DNA from: Macrostomum lignano
Taxonomy: Eukaryota
Direction of reading: 5' to 3'
DNA: 64,000 nucleotides
NCBI GenBank assembly: GCA_002269645.1
Contig: NIVC01000365.1
Coordinates: 310,001-374,000, forward strand
In this document: piece after piece, positions 25,367-36,313 of the stretch
Numbering within the stretch: the stretch's first letter is position 1
How the letters are laid out: each line of letters starts with the position of its first letter
Position numbers and translations under genes: made by a program
Notes under the pieces: generated by a model
Seen by the model: only the letters and a program-made list of their open reading frames with translations
Told to the model about the DNA's origin: nothing
The model's database searches: none

Positions 25367-25776
25367 ACTGCCAACATGAATAAACTGATCCCCCTCGTAT
25401 GCCTCCCCCACTGCCTCATTGAGCAAAGCTGATCGCCAACTTTTATAGAAACAATGTCAATTCAAACCCAAAAGCTACAGGCCTAAAGGATTTTAATCCC
25501 CTCATGCAGGGGTGGGGGGAGAAACTCCACCAGCAGTCAGTCACCTGCGGCAATACACTATATGCAGCAGCAATAATGCCGGTATATCCCGCTTAGCCTG
25601 AAATGCTTTCTTTGTTAACAAATGATTTATTTTGTTACTGTCTGAGTCACCCGCCGCCGCCAGCGCCGCAGCTCACATTGGACAATTGATTTTCCAGCTG
25701 CGATAAGTCTCAAATTATTGAAAGCTGCAAAACTGCCGCAGTTTACGATGCCAGTTTTGGTCCGGAGTTGAGGCCC

Positions 25777-26011
25777 CTGGGCAGCGGCATACCGACACTA
25801 TAGGCATGTCTCTACAGCACTGGGCAGCGGCATACCGACACTATAGGCATGTCTCTACAGCACTGGGCAGCGGCATACCGACGCTATAGACACACGACTT
25901 TACAGCACTGGGCAGCGGCATACCGACACTATAGGCATGTCTCTACAGCACTGGGCAGCTGCATACCGACGCTATAGACATGTCTCTACAGCACTGGGCA
26001 GCGGCATACCG
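25777..26011. repeat. 43-bp minisatellite, ~5.5 copies
   Basis: Unit ctgggcagcggcataccgacactataggcatgtctctacagca. Confidence 0.9.
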
Positions 26012-27461
26012 AACCCTAGTCAGGCAGCTGCCTCAGCACAGCACTAGACACCAGCCAACCCTTGCACAGACACCTCGAGACCATTTAAAGTCATTAAGTG
26101 CAATCTAGAGGCTCAGGCCAGCCGTCTAAAGCCGGTATTTGGCGTGGAAATATAAAAGGTTGGCCGGCTTTCTGAGCCTGCCGCAAGGCGTGACCTGCCG
26201 GACACAGAGTAGAATTAGAATCATGAAGGGCTGCAGGCCGCCCAGAGCTTGGCCAATCCTGCCCGCTACAAAAGGGACTCCAACAACCCCCCCCCCCTCC
26301 ACCGACGGGCGCCTCCGCAGTCGTGACAGCGGAATTTCATGAAACCAAAAAGGGGGAAGGAAGAAGGAGGCAAAGCCGTCACGGGAGTTGATGGACTGGG
26401 AGCTCATAAACTGATCGCCCCTTACTCACCCCTCCCGGCTGACCGACTCTTCTATAGCTGTGGGATTAAGCCAATGCAGCATCCCTGCTGCCCCATCCAG
26501 AGTCCCTATCTCCCTGCCCAGCTAAAAAAGTAGCAAAGAAACAAGCGGGAGGGGGAGGGACGGTTCAGAAGGAAGTTGTTTCTCCTTCGAGTTCCCAGAG
26601 ATCAGCGCTGGCCCCACAGGAAGCAGGACGGGCAAGGCGGGGAAGGGGGAGAAGGCGAGCTTCACCTCTTGCTGCTGCCTCCTCAGATAATCCAATCCAA
26701 CCAGTGGGAGGCGGGCCGTTGTCTCCGGGAGCTGCCTGGCTAATCTGGCGTCTCCCGCTGCCGTCTCCCCCGCCGTCACTTAACAACAGCCCGCAGGTCT
26801 TGTGAGAATGGGCGGGGCCGCTGAAGTTACACAGTGTGTATGTGGGGGGCAGGAGCAGGGAAATTACAAATTAGCGGTAAAAGAGAGGCACAGCAGCAGC
26901 AGCAGCAGCAGTAGCTAAGAAAGCAAAGGCCGAATCGACGCTTCTAATTCCTGTGCTCAGAATATGCTCGCCCGAGCATTCAGCAACAAAAGACAAAGAG
27001 AGAGAAAGGCGCGCAACGCTGTGACATTTACCGCGCAGCGCAGATCAGCTCTCTCGCAGTCCGGGGTGCTTTTTGAGCAAGTAAAATGCAGAGTAGAGAA
27101 GGGGGAGGGCCGTGGCCTGGACTAAGGGGCAAATCACCTGCAGTCGCTACCTGAAGCTGCACTTTTCTATGCCTCATTTGCGTCATTCGTTACTGCAACA
27201 ACAGCAGCGGCCTCGGAAAAAAGTTCCCGGGCAGGGCACGGCAGAAATGCTCGCATCCCAGAGGCTGGTTGACGCTCAGCAGCTGCATCGCCATTGGTCC
27301 GCGCCGAGCAGTGGCGGATTAGCCTGAGCCCCTGAGTCCCTCAGACTTCAGCGGGCTCCCCTAGAGCTGATAAAGCGTAGAAATCCGACCCCACTCACCG
27401 ACTCCCTTCATCCGATATCCGGACACTGCAGAACTGCCTTTGGCTGCAGGCAACTCGGACA

Positions 27462-27793
27462 AACGGCTAAACAGACTCAGATAACAGGCTAAACAGACTC
27501 GGACAACAGGCTAAACAGACTCGGACAACAGGCTAAACAGACTCGGACAACAGGCTAAACAGACTCGGAGAACAGGCTAAACAGACTCGGACAACAGGCT
27601 AAACAGACTCGGACAACAGGCTAAACAGACTCGGACAACAGGCTAAACAGACTCGGATAACAGGCTAAACAGACTCGGATAACAGGCTAAACAGACTCGG
27701 ATAACAGACTAAACAGACTCGGACAATAGGTTAAACAGACTCGGACAACAGGCTAAACAGACTCGGACAACAGGTTAAACAGACTCGGACAAC
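27462..27793. repeat. 22-bp minisatellite (aaacagactcggacaacaggct), ~15 copies, ending ~12 bp before a GPCR ATG
   Basis: Directly visible period. Confidence 0.93.
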
Positions 27794-27805
27794 AGCAAGA
27801 ACAGC

Positions 27806-29017
27806 ATGGATTCGAACGCCTCCTCTCACAGGGACAGTCAACAGGATTCGCTGTACCGCAGCCTCCTGCTGCCATCGTACGCCGTCAGCCTGACTGTGTC
27901 GCTGATCTCGCTGATCTCGCTGGTGTTCACACTATGGATTTTTGTACGCCGTCGGGACGCCACGGCCGGCGCCCGCGGCATGGTGCTGCTGATCGCCACC
28001 GACACCTTCGCCTCCATGGTGCTGGTCAGCGTCCACGTCATCAGCATTAGCGAGGTCGCCAACGTGACGATCGCCAGCACATCGGCCTGGCGGAGCTTCG
28101 CCGACATCCAGTTCACCGCCACCAACGCCAGCCTGCTGCTCCGGAACTGGTGGGTGGCCTTCCTCACCCTCGCCCGCCTCATCGTCATCCTGTTCCCGCT
28201 GCACGTCACCGAGATTCTCACCCGCCGACGCCAGGTGGTCGCCTTCGTGATCATCCTGATTGCCTCGGTGGCGATCAGCGGCGCCAGGTACGCCGAGGAG
28301 AAGGCCTGCGCCGACTCTGCCGTCGCCTCTTACGACGCTGCCGCGCCCGCCGATCCGGCCAAGGCCGTCGTGGCCAGCACCACCTCCTGCGAGAGCTTCG
28401 TGATCTTCTTCTTCGTGATGCAGACGGGCCTGCCTGTGCCCGTGGTGCTCGTCATCTCCGTGGTGCTCGCCGTGCACCTCTGCTCGGCGCCTCCGACCAG
28501 CGTCACCGAGGAGGCCGCCGCGCCATCCGCCGCTGCCCGGGCGTCCCGCGCCGCCAGGTCCTCGGTGTCGCCGCCGTCCCGACCGCAGCTGATGAAGCGT
28601 CGGGCAACGCGCATCCTGCTGGTGCTGGCGGCGACCTTCACGGTGCTGGAGGTGCCCACCCTGGTGTGCTCCATGTGCCTGTACACCTTGCCCAGCTTCA
28701 GGGCCTCGGAACTCAGCCGCCTGCTGGTCTCGCTGTCCAACTGCCTGGTGACGCTTGACACCCTGGCCAACTTCTTCGTGTTCTTCGTGTTCTCCAAGTC
28801 CTTCAAGGTGGAGGTGAAGCGCTGCCTCTGCCATCGGCTGCAGGACGGCGGAGTCGGCGGCCAGCCGAGCTCGCAGCGGCGCTGGCAGCAGCAGCAGCAG
28901 CAGCAGCAGGCGTTGCTGTTGCACAGGCGCGGCACCAGCGAGCGGCGGCGACAGCCCGGCGGCACCGTGATGGAGGCGATGGCCGAGGACTCCGGGGCGG
29001 AGCTGAGCAAGCTGTAG
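27806..29017 (+). CDS. Class A peptide-receptor-like GPCR (FMRFamide-receptor-like superfamily), intronless CDS, 403 aa
   Basis: Seven hydrophobic segments. TM3 end VAFLTLARLIVILFPL, TM6 KRRATRILLVLAATFTVLEVP, TM7 LDTLANFFVFFVFSKSFK. Poly-Q in the C-terminal tail. High GC3. Confidence 0.85.
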   Translation: MDSNASSHRDSQQDSLYRSLLLPSYAVSLTVSLISLISLVFTLWIFVRRRDATAGARGMVLLIATDTFASMVLVSVHVISISEVANVTIASTSAWRSFADIQFTATNASLLLRNWWVAFLTLARLIVILFPLHVTEILTRRRQVVAFVIILIASVAISGARYAEEKACADSAVASYDAAAPADPAKAVVASTTSCESFVIFFFVMQTGLPVPVVLVISVVLAVHLCSAPPTSVTEEAAAPSAAARASRAARSSVSPPSRPQLMKRRATRILLVLAATFTVLEVPTLVCSMCLYTLPSFRASELSRLLVSLSNCLVTLDTLANFFVFFVFSKSFKVEVKRCLCHRLQDGGVGGQPSSQRRWQQQQQQQQALLLHRRGTSERRRQPGGTVMEAMAEDSGAELSKL

Positions 29018-30330
29018 CTGAGCTGGCGCCATCTCGACTCCACTGAACACCCTCGATGCACTCTGAGCTGCATGACAGCTCTCAATAACAATTCGTGTCT
29101 GCACTGCAGTTCCCCGCTTTCAGCCCCTGAGCTGAGGAGTTCCTTCAGCCAGTTTTTTATCCCGACACAAATCGCTAAACTCGTCTTAATGAAACTTTAA
29201 AAAAACTTCGCCGGGTCGCTCTTGTGTTGTGGGCAAGCTAAGCACTGTTTATCAAGTCAACTATAAGTACAAATCAACGCTGCTTGTAGAAATTATTTAC
29301 ATTTTTGTCTGCTGCTTTTTTTATTTGTAATGTGCGGCAACATCGACAACGGGCCGACTTTATCGTCGCTCGTCAGGCACGGGGGGCGGTGGGTGCCGAC
29401 GCAAGTCAAGGCGAGAGCCGGCCCGCAGCCAGTTCAAGGATGTCGGCGGTCGTGCTCAGTCCGCTGACCCCTGAGAACGCGCACGCACTTGCACAGGGTG
29501 TATGGAGCGGCCTGGAACTGGTGGCAACGGGCTCCAAATCAACGTGCGTGCAGCGCACAGAATCGAACTTGGAGGCATGTTGGAGCGAGAATCATGCAGA
29601 CATCGTGCAGTACTCGCACTTCTATCCCGTGGCTTGTGGCTGCACCTCGAGGGCCTCACCGACGAGTCATCGGCTGCGCTACGCCCTTGGGCGTGCACTA
29701 CCCCGACAGGTTGCCGTCCAGAGACCCGATGGCCCGAGCCGGCACACCAGACGTGAGCGGCACCCTTGCGCCGGCGCTGCCAGATGCTGCTGGGCCTCCG
29801 GAGTCACGGCTGGCCCTTGCGTGTGTCTATCAGGACTATCAGACTGTAGAGACAGCAACAGCAATGTAAAATTTTAATTATTCTCAGTTAAAGCCTGAGA
29901 ATGAGCGACTGAGCAGAGCTTGAGTGGGGACTGGAAAGATGCCATGCATGTATCGAGGATTATTTCCGTATGAGTACAAATATTTCATTTTAATTTTTCA
30001 ATTTCTGCCAAAAATTCTCAATTTTTCTAAACTGTTTTGTAATCGCTCACTTTTTTTTAGAAAAGACGGCTTCTTAACAGGTAATTATGCAAAACTGCAG
30101 ATGCCCAGTGTGCAGCCAATTCATCCAAATCATCACTCTCGCAAGTCAAGTGTTTTTAAAAGGTCTACTAAAATAACATGCTATTGAATGTAAGTGCACC
30201 GATCAGACTCCACATGAGCAATTTGCAGCTTAACAGTAACGGATGGCAAGCCATTTTTCCGCCCGTCGAAGGGGAAGAGATTACCCCCTGCCATTTTCGC
30301 TTACGCTAGAAAGGCTCGAGCAACGTCCCA

Positions 30331-30555
30331 TCTAATGACCGAATCGAAGCCCCTCTAATGACTTAATTTAAGCCCATCTAATAACCGAATCTAAGCCATT
30401 CTAATGACCGAATCTAAACCCCTGTAATGACCGAATCTAAAACCCTCTAATGCCCGAATCTAAGCCCTTCTAATGACCGAATCTAAGCCCTTTCAATGAC
30501 CGAATCTAAGCCCTTTTAATGACTGAATCTAAGCCCCTCTAATGACCGAATCTCG
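30331..30555. repeat. 23-bp degenerate minisatellite (taatgaccgaatctaagcccctc), ~10 copies
   Basis: taatg recurs at 30425, 30448, 30471 and onward. Confidence 0.85.
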
Positions 30556-31403
30556 GCTTAAATAAATGCATGCAAAGACCGCATTTTAAACTTGTACATA
30601 ACCTCATAATCTAATCTTGTACGAGCTAGATGAAACCGGATAAGCCCCTGCCTGTCCCTAATATCCTAAGCACACTGATTAGTGCTCTATAAATATCAGA
30701 CCTCACAATGAAGCACCTAATTAATGGCGCGCACAGCTGAAGTAGCTGTAAAAAAGTCACGCCTATTTTAAACTGAATTTTATAAGAATAATAATAATAA
30801 TAATCCTCGACAAGACTCTAAAAATAAATACCAACGCAAGGTGCAGCTGAAGCTCAGGAAGCCGAGCTCGACAAGAGGAACTGCACTGGACTGCGTGCCA
30901 CACTGGATTCGTACAGTTCATGAGATCGCAGCATAACCGTACTAATAGTAACAACCAACACTCAGCCCCGCCGCCCACAGCTGACTTGGCCAGTCAGAAA
31001 ATAACTTGCAATTAATGTCACTAATAAGCCATGGAGTGCATAGCTCGTACTGTTCCGTACTATAATGCCACTTCCTTCGCTTTGTGCACTCGAAGCCCCT
31101 CGCCTCCCCGACACGCTCAACTTAAAGTAGGAACTTTACTTGAAATCTCTGAACAGTCTGGCTATTCCATATCTTGCGCAGTTGCTTTTGGAAAAGGTAA
31201 ACGAGATTCTTCTTTCTACGAATATAATTCTAAGCAGAGTTAACTTGCACTCGCTCCGCTTTCCAGTGCCAATAATTCAATGGCGTGTCAGCTTTTTAGA
31301 TGAAAAAGTTTTTCTGTTGCTGTATATACTACTTAGTAATGTAGGCAAATTAACTCTGAGTATTTTATCGTTTAGTTTCATCCAGTCGTTACATGTAGTG
31401 CGA

Positions 31404-31640
31404 ATGTCAGCTACTGACAGCAATTGTCAGTGCGGATGTCAGCTACTGACAGCAATTGTCAGTGCGGATGTCAGCTACTGACAGCAATTGTCAGTGCGGA
31501 TGTCAGCTACTGACAGCAATTGTCAGTGCGGATGTCAGCTACTGACAGCAATTGTCAGTGCGGATGTCAGCTACTGTCGGTAAGTGTCTGTGCCGATGTC
31601 AGCTACTGTCGGTAAGTGTCTGTGCTAATGTCAGCTACTG
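31404..31640. repeat. 32-bp minisatellite with an internal inverted repeat (ctgaca-gcaat-tgtcag)
   Basis: Unit atgtcagctactgacagcaattgtcagtgcgg, ~5 exact copies plus degraded copies. Confidence 0.9.
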
Positions 31641-31816
31641 ACAACTAACTGACAGTGCTATTATCAAACAAATTTCAAAATTGATAAAGAAATGGAAAAG
31701 TTAACACCGGAGACTCAGTTTGGCTATCAAATTTCACAAATATATTTAAATGCCCTTACAAGAAAAATGCATAGCTAGGTGCAAAATCCCGCAGAGCTGT
31801 GCACTCACAGCGCTAG

Positions 31817-34800
31817 TCACTTGCCGCACTCCAGCTTGTGCAGGCGCCAGTGCGCCCGCTGGCAGCGCCTGTCGCAGTACAGCCTCCGTCCGGAGCAGCC
31901 GCTGCAGGCCATCAGGCGGGACGGCGGCGGGGGAGCGGCCTTACCGCAGGCGTGGCACCGCTCGCGCACCTGGGAGGCCACGGTAGCCACGCCGGTGCGG
32001 AAGGAGAGCTCCAGCTGCCGAGCCGCCAGGCAGGCCAGGTATTCATCCAGCTGAGCGCGGGTGGTCGGCACCGGGAACTCCTGGGTTGGCAAACAGGAAT
32101 GACAGGTGAAAATAATTCGAGCGCCTGCCACCCCAGCAGCTACTCCCACCCCAGCAGCTACCCAGCCTCAGCAGCTACCCCACCCTAGCAGCTACCCCAC
32201 CTCAGCAGCTACCCCAACCCAGCAGCTACCCCACCCCAGCAGCTAACCCACTCCAGCAGCTAACCCACACCAGCAGCTACCCCACCCCAGCAGCTACCCC
32301 ACACCAGCAGCTACCCCACACCAGCAGCTACCCCACACCAGCAGCTACCCCAACTCAGCAGCTACCCCAACTCAGCAGCTACCCCACCTCAGCAGCTTCC
32401 CCACCGCAGCAGCAGCTACACTACCCCCAGCCCACCTGCTTGCCGCTGTCCGGCGAGTAGAAGCTCCAGCTGGCCGAGTCCGCATCGAACCGGATCGGCC
32501 GGGCCAGCAGGCGGGAGGCCCGGCACGTCTCGGAGTTGAAGGCGCGCAGAAACTCCAGGCTGAGCTGGGCGGTGCCGGCGTGGTCGTGAGGCGAGCAGAC
32601 GGCCAGGCAGTCCAGGCTGGGGCACACCGCCACCAGGGAGCGACCGGGCATCTCGGACAGCAGGCCCGGACACCAGGAGTCGGGCCGAAGCAGGGCAAGT
32701 CCGGCCAGCATTAGGTCGGAGTGCCGCTGGGCGAGGCGGCGCACCTAAGAAATGAAAGGGCAAAATGCGATGTGTGTTTTTTTGCCTTGCACTGCGGCCA
32801 TGATGCCGCAATGATGCTAAGGAGGGTTCCCATCTTCTATGACCTCACCTGCAGCCTCTCCTGTTTTTTATGACCTCACCTGCGGCCTCTCCTGTTTTTT
32901 ATGACCTCACATGCGGCCTCTCCTGTCTTCTATGACCTCACCTGCGGCCTCTCCGTCTTCTATGACCTCACCTACGGCCTCTCCTGTCTTCTATAACCTC
33001 ACCTGCGGCCTCTCCTGTCTTTTATGACCTCACCTGCAGCCTCTCCTGTTTTTTATGACCTCACCTGCGGCCTCTCCTGTTTTTTATGACCTCACATGCG
33101 GTCTCTCCTGTCTTCTATGACCTCACATGCGGCCTCTCCTGTCTTTTATGACCTCACCTGCAGCCTCTCCTGTTTTTTATGACCTCACCTGCGGCCTCTC
33201 CTGTTTTTTATGACCTCACATGCGGTCTCTCCTGTCTTCTATGACCTCACATGCGGCCTCTCCTGTCTTCTATGACCTCACCTACGGCCTCTCCTGTCTT
33301 CTATAACCTCACCTGCGGCCTCTCCTGTTTTTTATGACCTCACCTTTGGCCTCTCCTGTCTTCTATGACCCACCTGCGGCCTCTTCTGTCTTTTATGACC
33401 TCACCTGCGGCCTCTCCTGTCTTCTATGACCCACCTGCGGCCTCTCCTGTCTTCTATGACCTCACCTGCGGCCTCTCCTGTCTTCTATGACCTCACCTGC
33501 GGCCTCTCCTGTCTTCATGACCTCACCTGCGGCTGCCTGCCTTCTATGACCTCACCTGCGGCCTCTCCTACGGGTTCCCAAATGGCCTCTTCAATGACCT
33601 GCCCATGGCCTCTAAACCCCCCTCACCAAACCACCGCCCTCCCCAGCAGCGGGCGCAGCCTCCATCAGCGGTCCCGCCAGCATCTCCCGATTCAACCGGT
33701 TGGCGGCCTCCTTCATCGCCTCGGCCGCGGCCGCAGCTTCAGTCACGTGACAATATCGCTCGGGCATTCGCTCGTTCACCAGTCGCAGGCTGGCCGCTGC
33801 TCCGTCCGCTGAAACGGCCAGCACCGCCAGGCCGACGGTCAGCTCGGCAGACAGGCTGGAGAGGTGCGGCGCCAGCTGGGGCCAGTCGGCCAGCTCCACC
33901 GGCCGCTCCAGCTCGGACAGCTCCGCGGCCGTCAGGTCCGCGTGCTGCCGGCTCAGCGGGAAGGCCAACGGGCGGCCATCCGCGGGAACTTCGGCGGGGA
34001 AGAGAGGGGGAATGGAAATTGCTTCGAATTATCTGACAGTTGTGTGAGCCACCAGTTTACCTCTGACAGTTGTGTGAGCCACCAGTTTACCTCTGACAGT
34101 TGTGTGAGCCACCAGTTTACCTCTGATCCCCCAGTGAGCCACCAGTTTATCTCTGATCCCTCAGTGAGCCACCAGTTTATCGCTGATTCCTCAGTGAGCC
34201 ACCAGTTTATCTCTGATTCCCCAGTGAGCCACCAGTTTATCGCTGATTCCTCAGTGAGCCACCAGTTTATCGCTGATTCCTCAGTGAGCCACCAGTTTAT
34301 CTCTGATTCCCCAGTGAGCCACCAGTTTATCTGTGATTCCCCAGTGAGCCACCAGTTTATCTGTGATTCCCCAGCGAGCCACCAGTTTATCTCTGATTCC
34401 TCAGTGAGCCCCCAGTTTATCTCCAGAGTCTTCAGTGAGCCCCAGTTTATCTCCAGAGTCTTCAGTGAGCCCCCAGTTTATCTCCAGAGTCTTCAGTGAG
34501 CCCCCAGTTTATCTCCAGAGTCTTCAGTGAGCCCCAGTTTATCTCCAGAGTCTTCAGTGAGCCCCCAGTTTATCTCCAGAGTCTTCAGTGAGCCCCCAGT
34601 TTATCTCCAGAGTCTTCAGTGAGCCCCAGTTTATCTCCAGAGTCTTCAGTGAGCCCCCAGTTTATCTCCAGAGTCTTCAGTGAGCCCCCAGTTTATCTCC
34701 TGAGTCTTCAGTGAGCCCCCAGTTTATCTCCAGAGTCTTCAGTGAGCAAACCCCTTAGCGGGCCCTACAGGGCGGCCAGATCCAGCGCTCACCCTCTCCA

Positions 34801-35156
34801 TACTGCTCAGCCGCGATCCGCACGGAGTCCCCCTCAATCTCAGCCAAGACCTGAGCTGCCAGGTGCTCGGCAGCTTCGGGCAGCAGGTCCAACTGGGGCT
34901 CGAATTGCCAAAACTGGTCCAGCGGATGCTGGTCAAGACCTTCCAGAGGACGGAAGTAAGCATACAGCCTGCCAGCAGTGGGTTCAGTCACCAGGGTGAG
35001 GCCAGGGTGCCAGCATTGGGCATCAATGGCATTCAGCAGCGACAGCAGTGGCAGATGGCTAAGCAGGGCTTGCTTTCTACCAGATACCAGCAGCTGGTGC
35101 TGCTTCTCAGCTGCTAGCACAGGTGCAAAACTAGATTCAGTCTTGTCTAGTAGCAT
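31817..35156 (-). CDS. MYND-type zinc finger protein, 4 exons, ~432 aa
   Basis: Exons 35156-34793, 33988-33627, 32744-32436, 32080-31817 with GT-AG joins in phases 1,0,0. C-terminal CHACG..LMACSGC..LYCDRRCQRAHWRLHKLEC is a MYND finger. Start codon uncertain. Confidence 0.82.
32128..32420. repeat. 16-17 bp intronic minisatellite (ccccaccccagcagcta)
   Basis: Fills intron 3 of the MYND gene. Confidence 0.9.
32838..33570. repeat. 31-bp intronic minisatellite (tatgacctcacctgcggcctctcctgtcttc)
   Basis: Fills intron 2 of the MYND gene. Confidence 0.93.
34030..34746. repeat. ~30-bp intronic minisatellite with a progressive change of unit along the array
   Basis: Fills intron 1 of the MYND gene; the constant core is gtgagc(c/a)ccagttta. 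Confidence 0.93.
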
Positions 35157-36123
35157 AGCTGAAGCTCTGCAGTGTTGTTTTTCAATTGGTTCTTTGGTGT
35201 AGCTAATAGTGGTCAAAAATTTCAAAATAAAATCAAATAATTTATCTTAACTTTGTGTTAAATTAATTGATTAACTATTGATAGAAGTTTTAAAATCTTG
35301 AGAATCTAAAAAATTATAAAGGTATTGATAACATAGATAACTCAAATGCAATATGGCACTTACATTTTGATGTTAAACTAAGATAGGGCCTAAATAATAA
35401 AAAATCTAAAATAAACATTGGCAGATCATATAAGCAACCTCTTGCTTGCAATAACATACTACTGAGGATTTACTCCATTATGTTAGACATCTTATAAGAA
35501 TATATAGCTTATCTCTTATTTAACTTATTCCTATGATGCAATAATCCATGGCCAACAACAATATGATAAGCTTTACTATCTTTGTTGAAGTTAGCAGAGC
35601 TGTAAGGATTTAAAATATAATAAGCATAAATAATTTATAACATTTAATTTACTATATGATAGTAGTTAAAATTCCAATAAAGTTGTTTGTCCTTATCTAT
35701 TCATTACAAAAAAACACAAAGTAACAATTTTAACCAAACCCTAGAAATAAAAGACATCCTAGCCAAAGCCAAAGTAAGCCAATGGCTTTAAAAATTTAAG
35801 GCAATTGAAAAAATCAATAGAATAAGTGAGAGGAAGATATCTAAAAGTATACATTTATTGACCAACTTAGTAAAAAAGCCCTTAACTTGCTGGCTAATGC
35901 TTTACAACCCTATAAGCCAAAAGATAAGATTTCCAATGAGGAAATCATTAAGAGGAACTTTTTTAAAAGGAAACAAAGGCAACAAAGTCAAGACTAGCCT
36001 ATTTATAAACCTACTATTTGAAGCAAGAAGATAATGGAACTATTTGGCTAGGTCAACAGAGATTGTTAGAAAGTTTCTAATAGAAAAATTGAAAGATCTC
36101 ACTTGGGAAATAATATCTGTGGC

Positions 36124-36313
36124 TAGGGATTCCAAAATCCCGACATTTTACAATCCCGGGATTGAATAGTCCCGAAATCCCGATGCTGTTGAAATCCCGG
36201 GATTCAAAATCCCGGAATCCCGGTGCTTTTGCAATCCCGGGATTAAAAATCCCGGGATTCGATTCCCAAAAAATCCCGGGATTCAAATCCCGGATTTTTG
36301 GCCCCAATCCCTA
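36124..36313. mobile_element. 190-bp MITE, probably hAT superfamily
   Basis: Termini TAGGGATT...AATCCCTA, with the inverted match extending imperfectly into ccaaaatcccg. 8-bp direct repeat TCTGTGGC at 36116-36123 and 36314-36321. Interior is made of aaatcccggga motifs. Confidence 0.85.

Noticed and set aside
24884-25432. Proline-rich extensin-like ORF (SPSLP/SPTAP)
   Set aside because: It is the translation of 15-bp CT-rich repeats, with no signal peptide or splice support.
29305-29877. GC-rich 190-aa ORF and overlapping frames downstream of the second GPCR
   Set aside because: No recognisable motifs, no consistent codon bias, and no convincing splice model.
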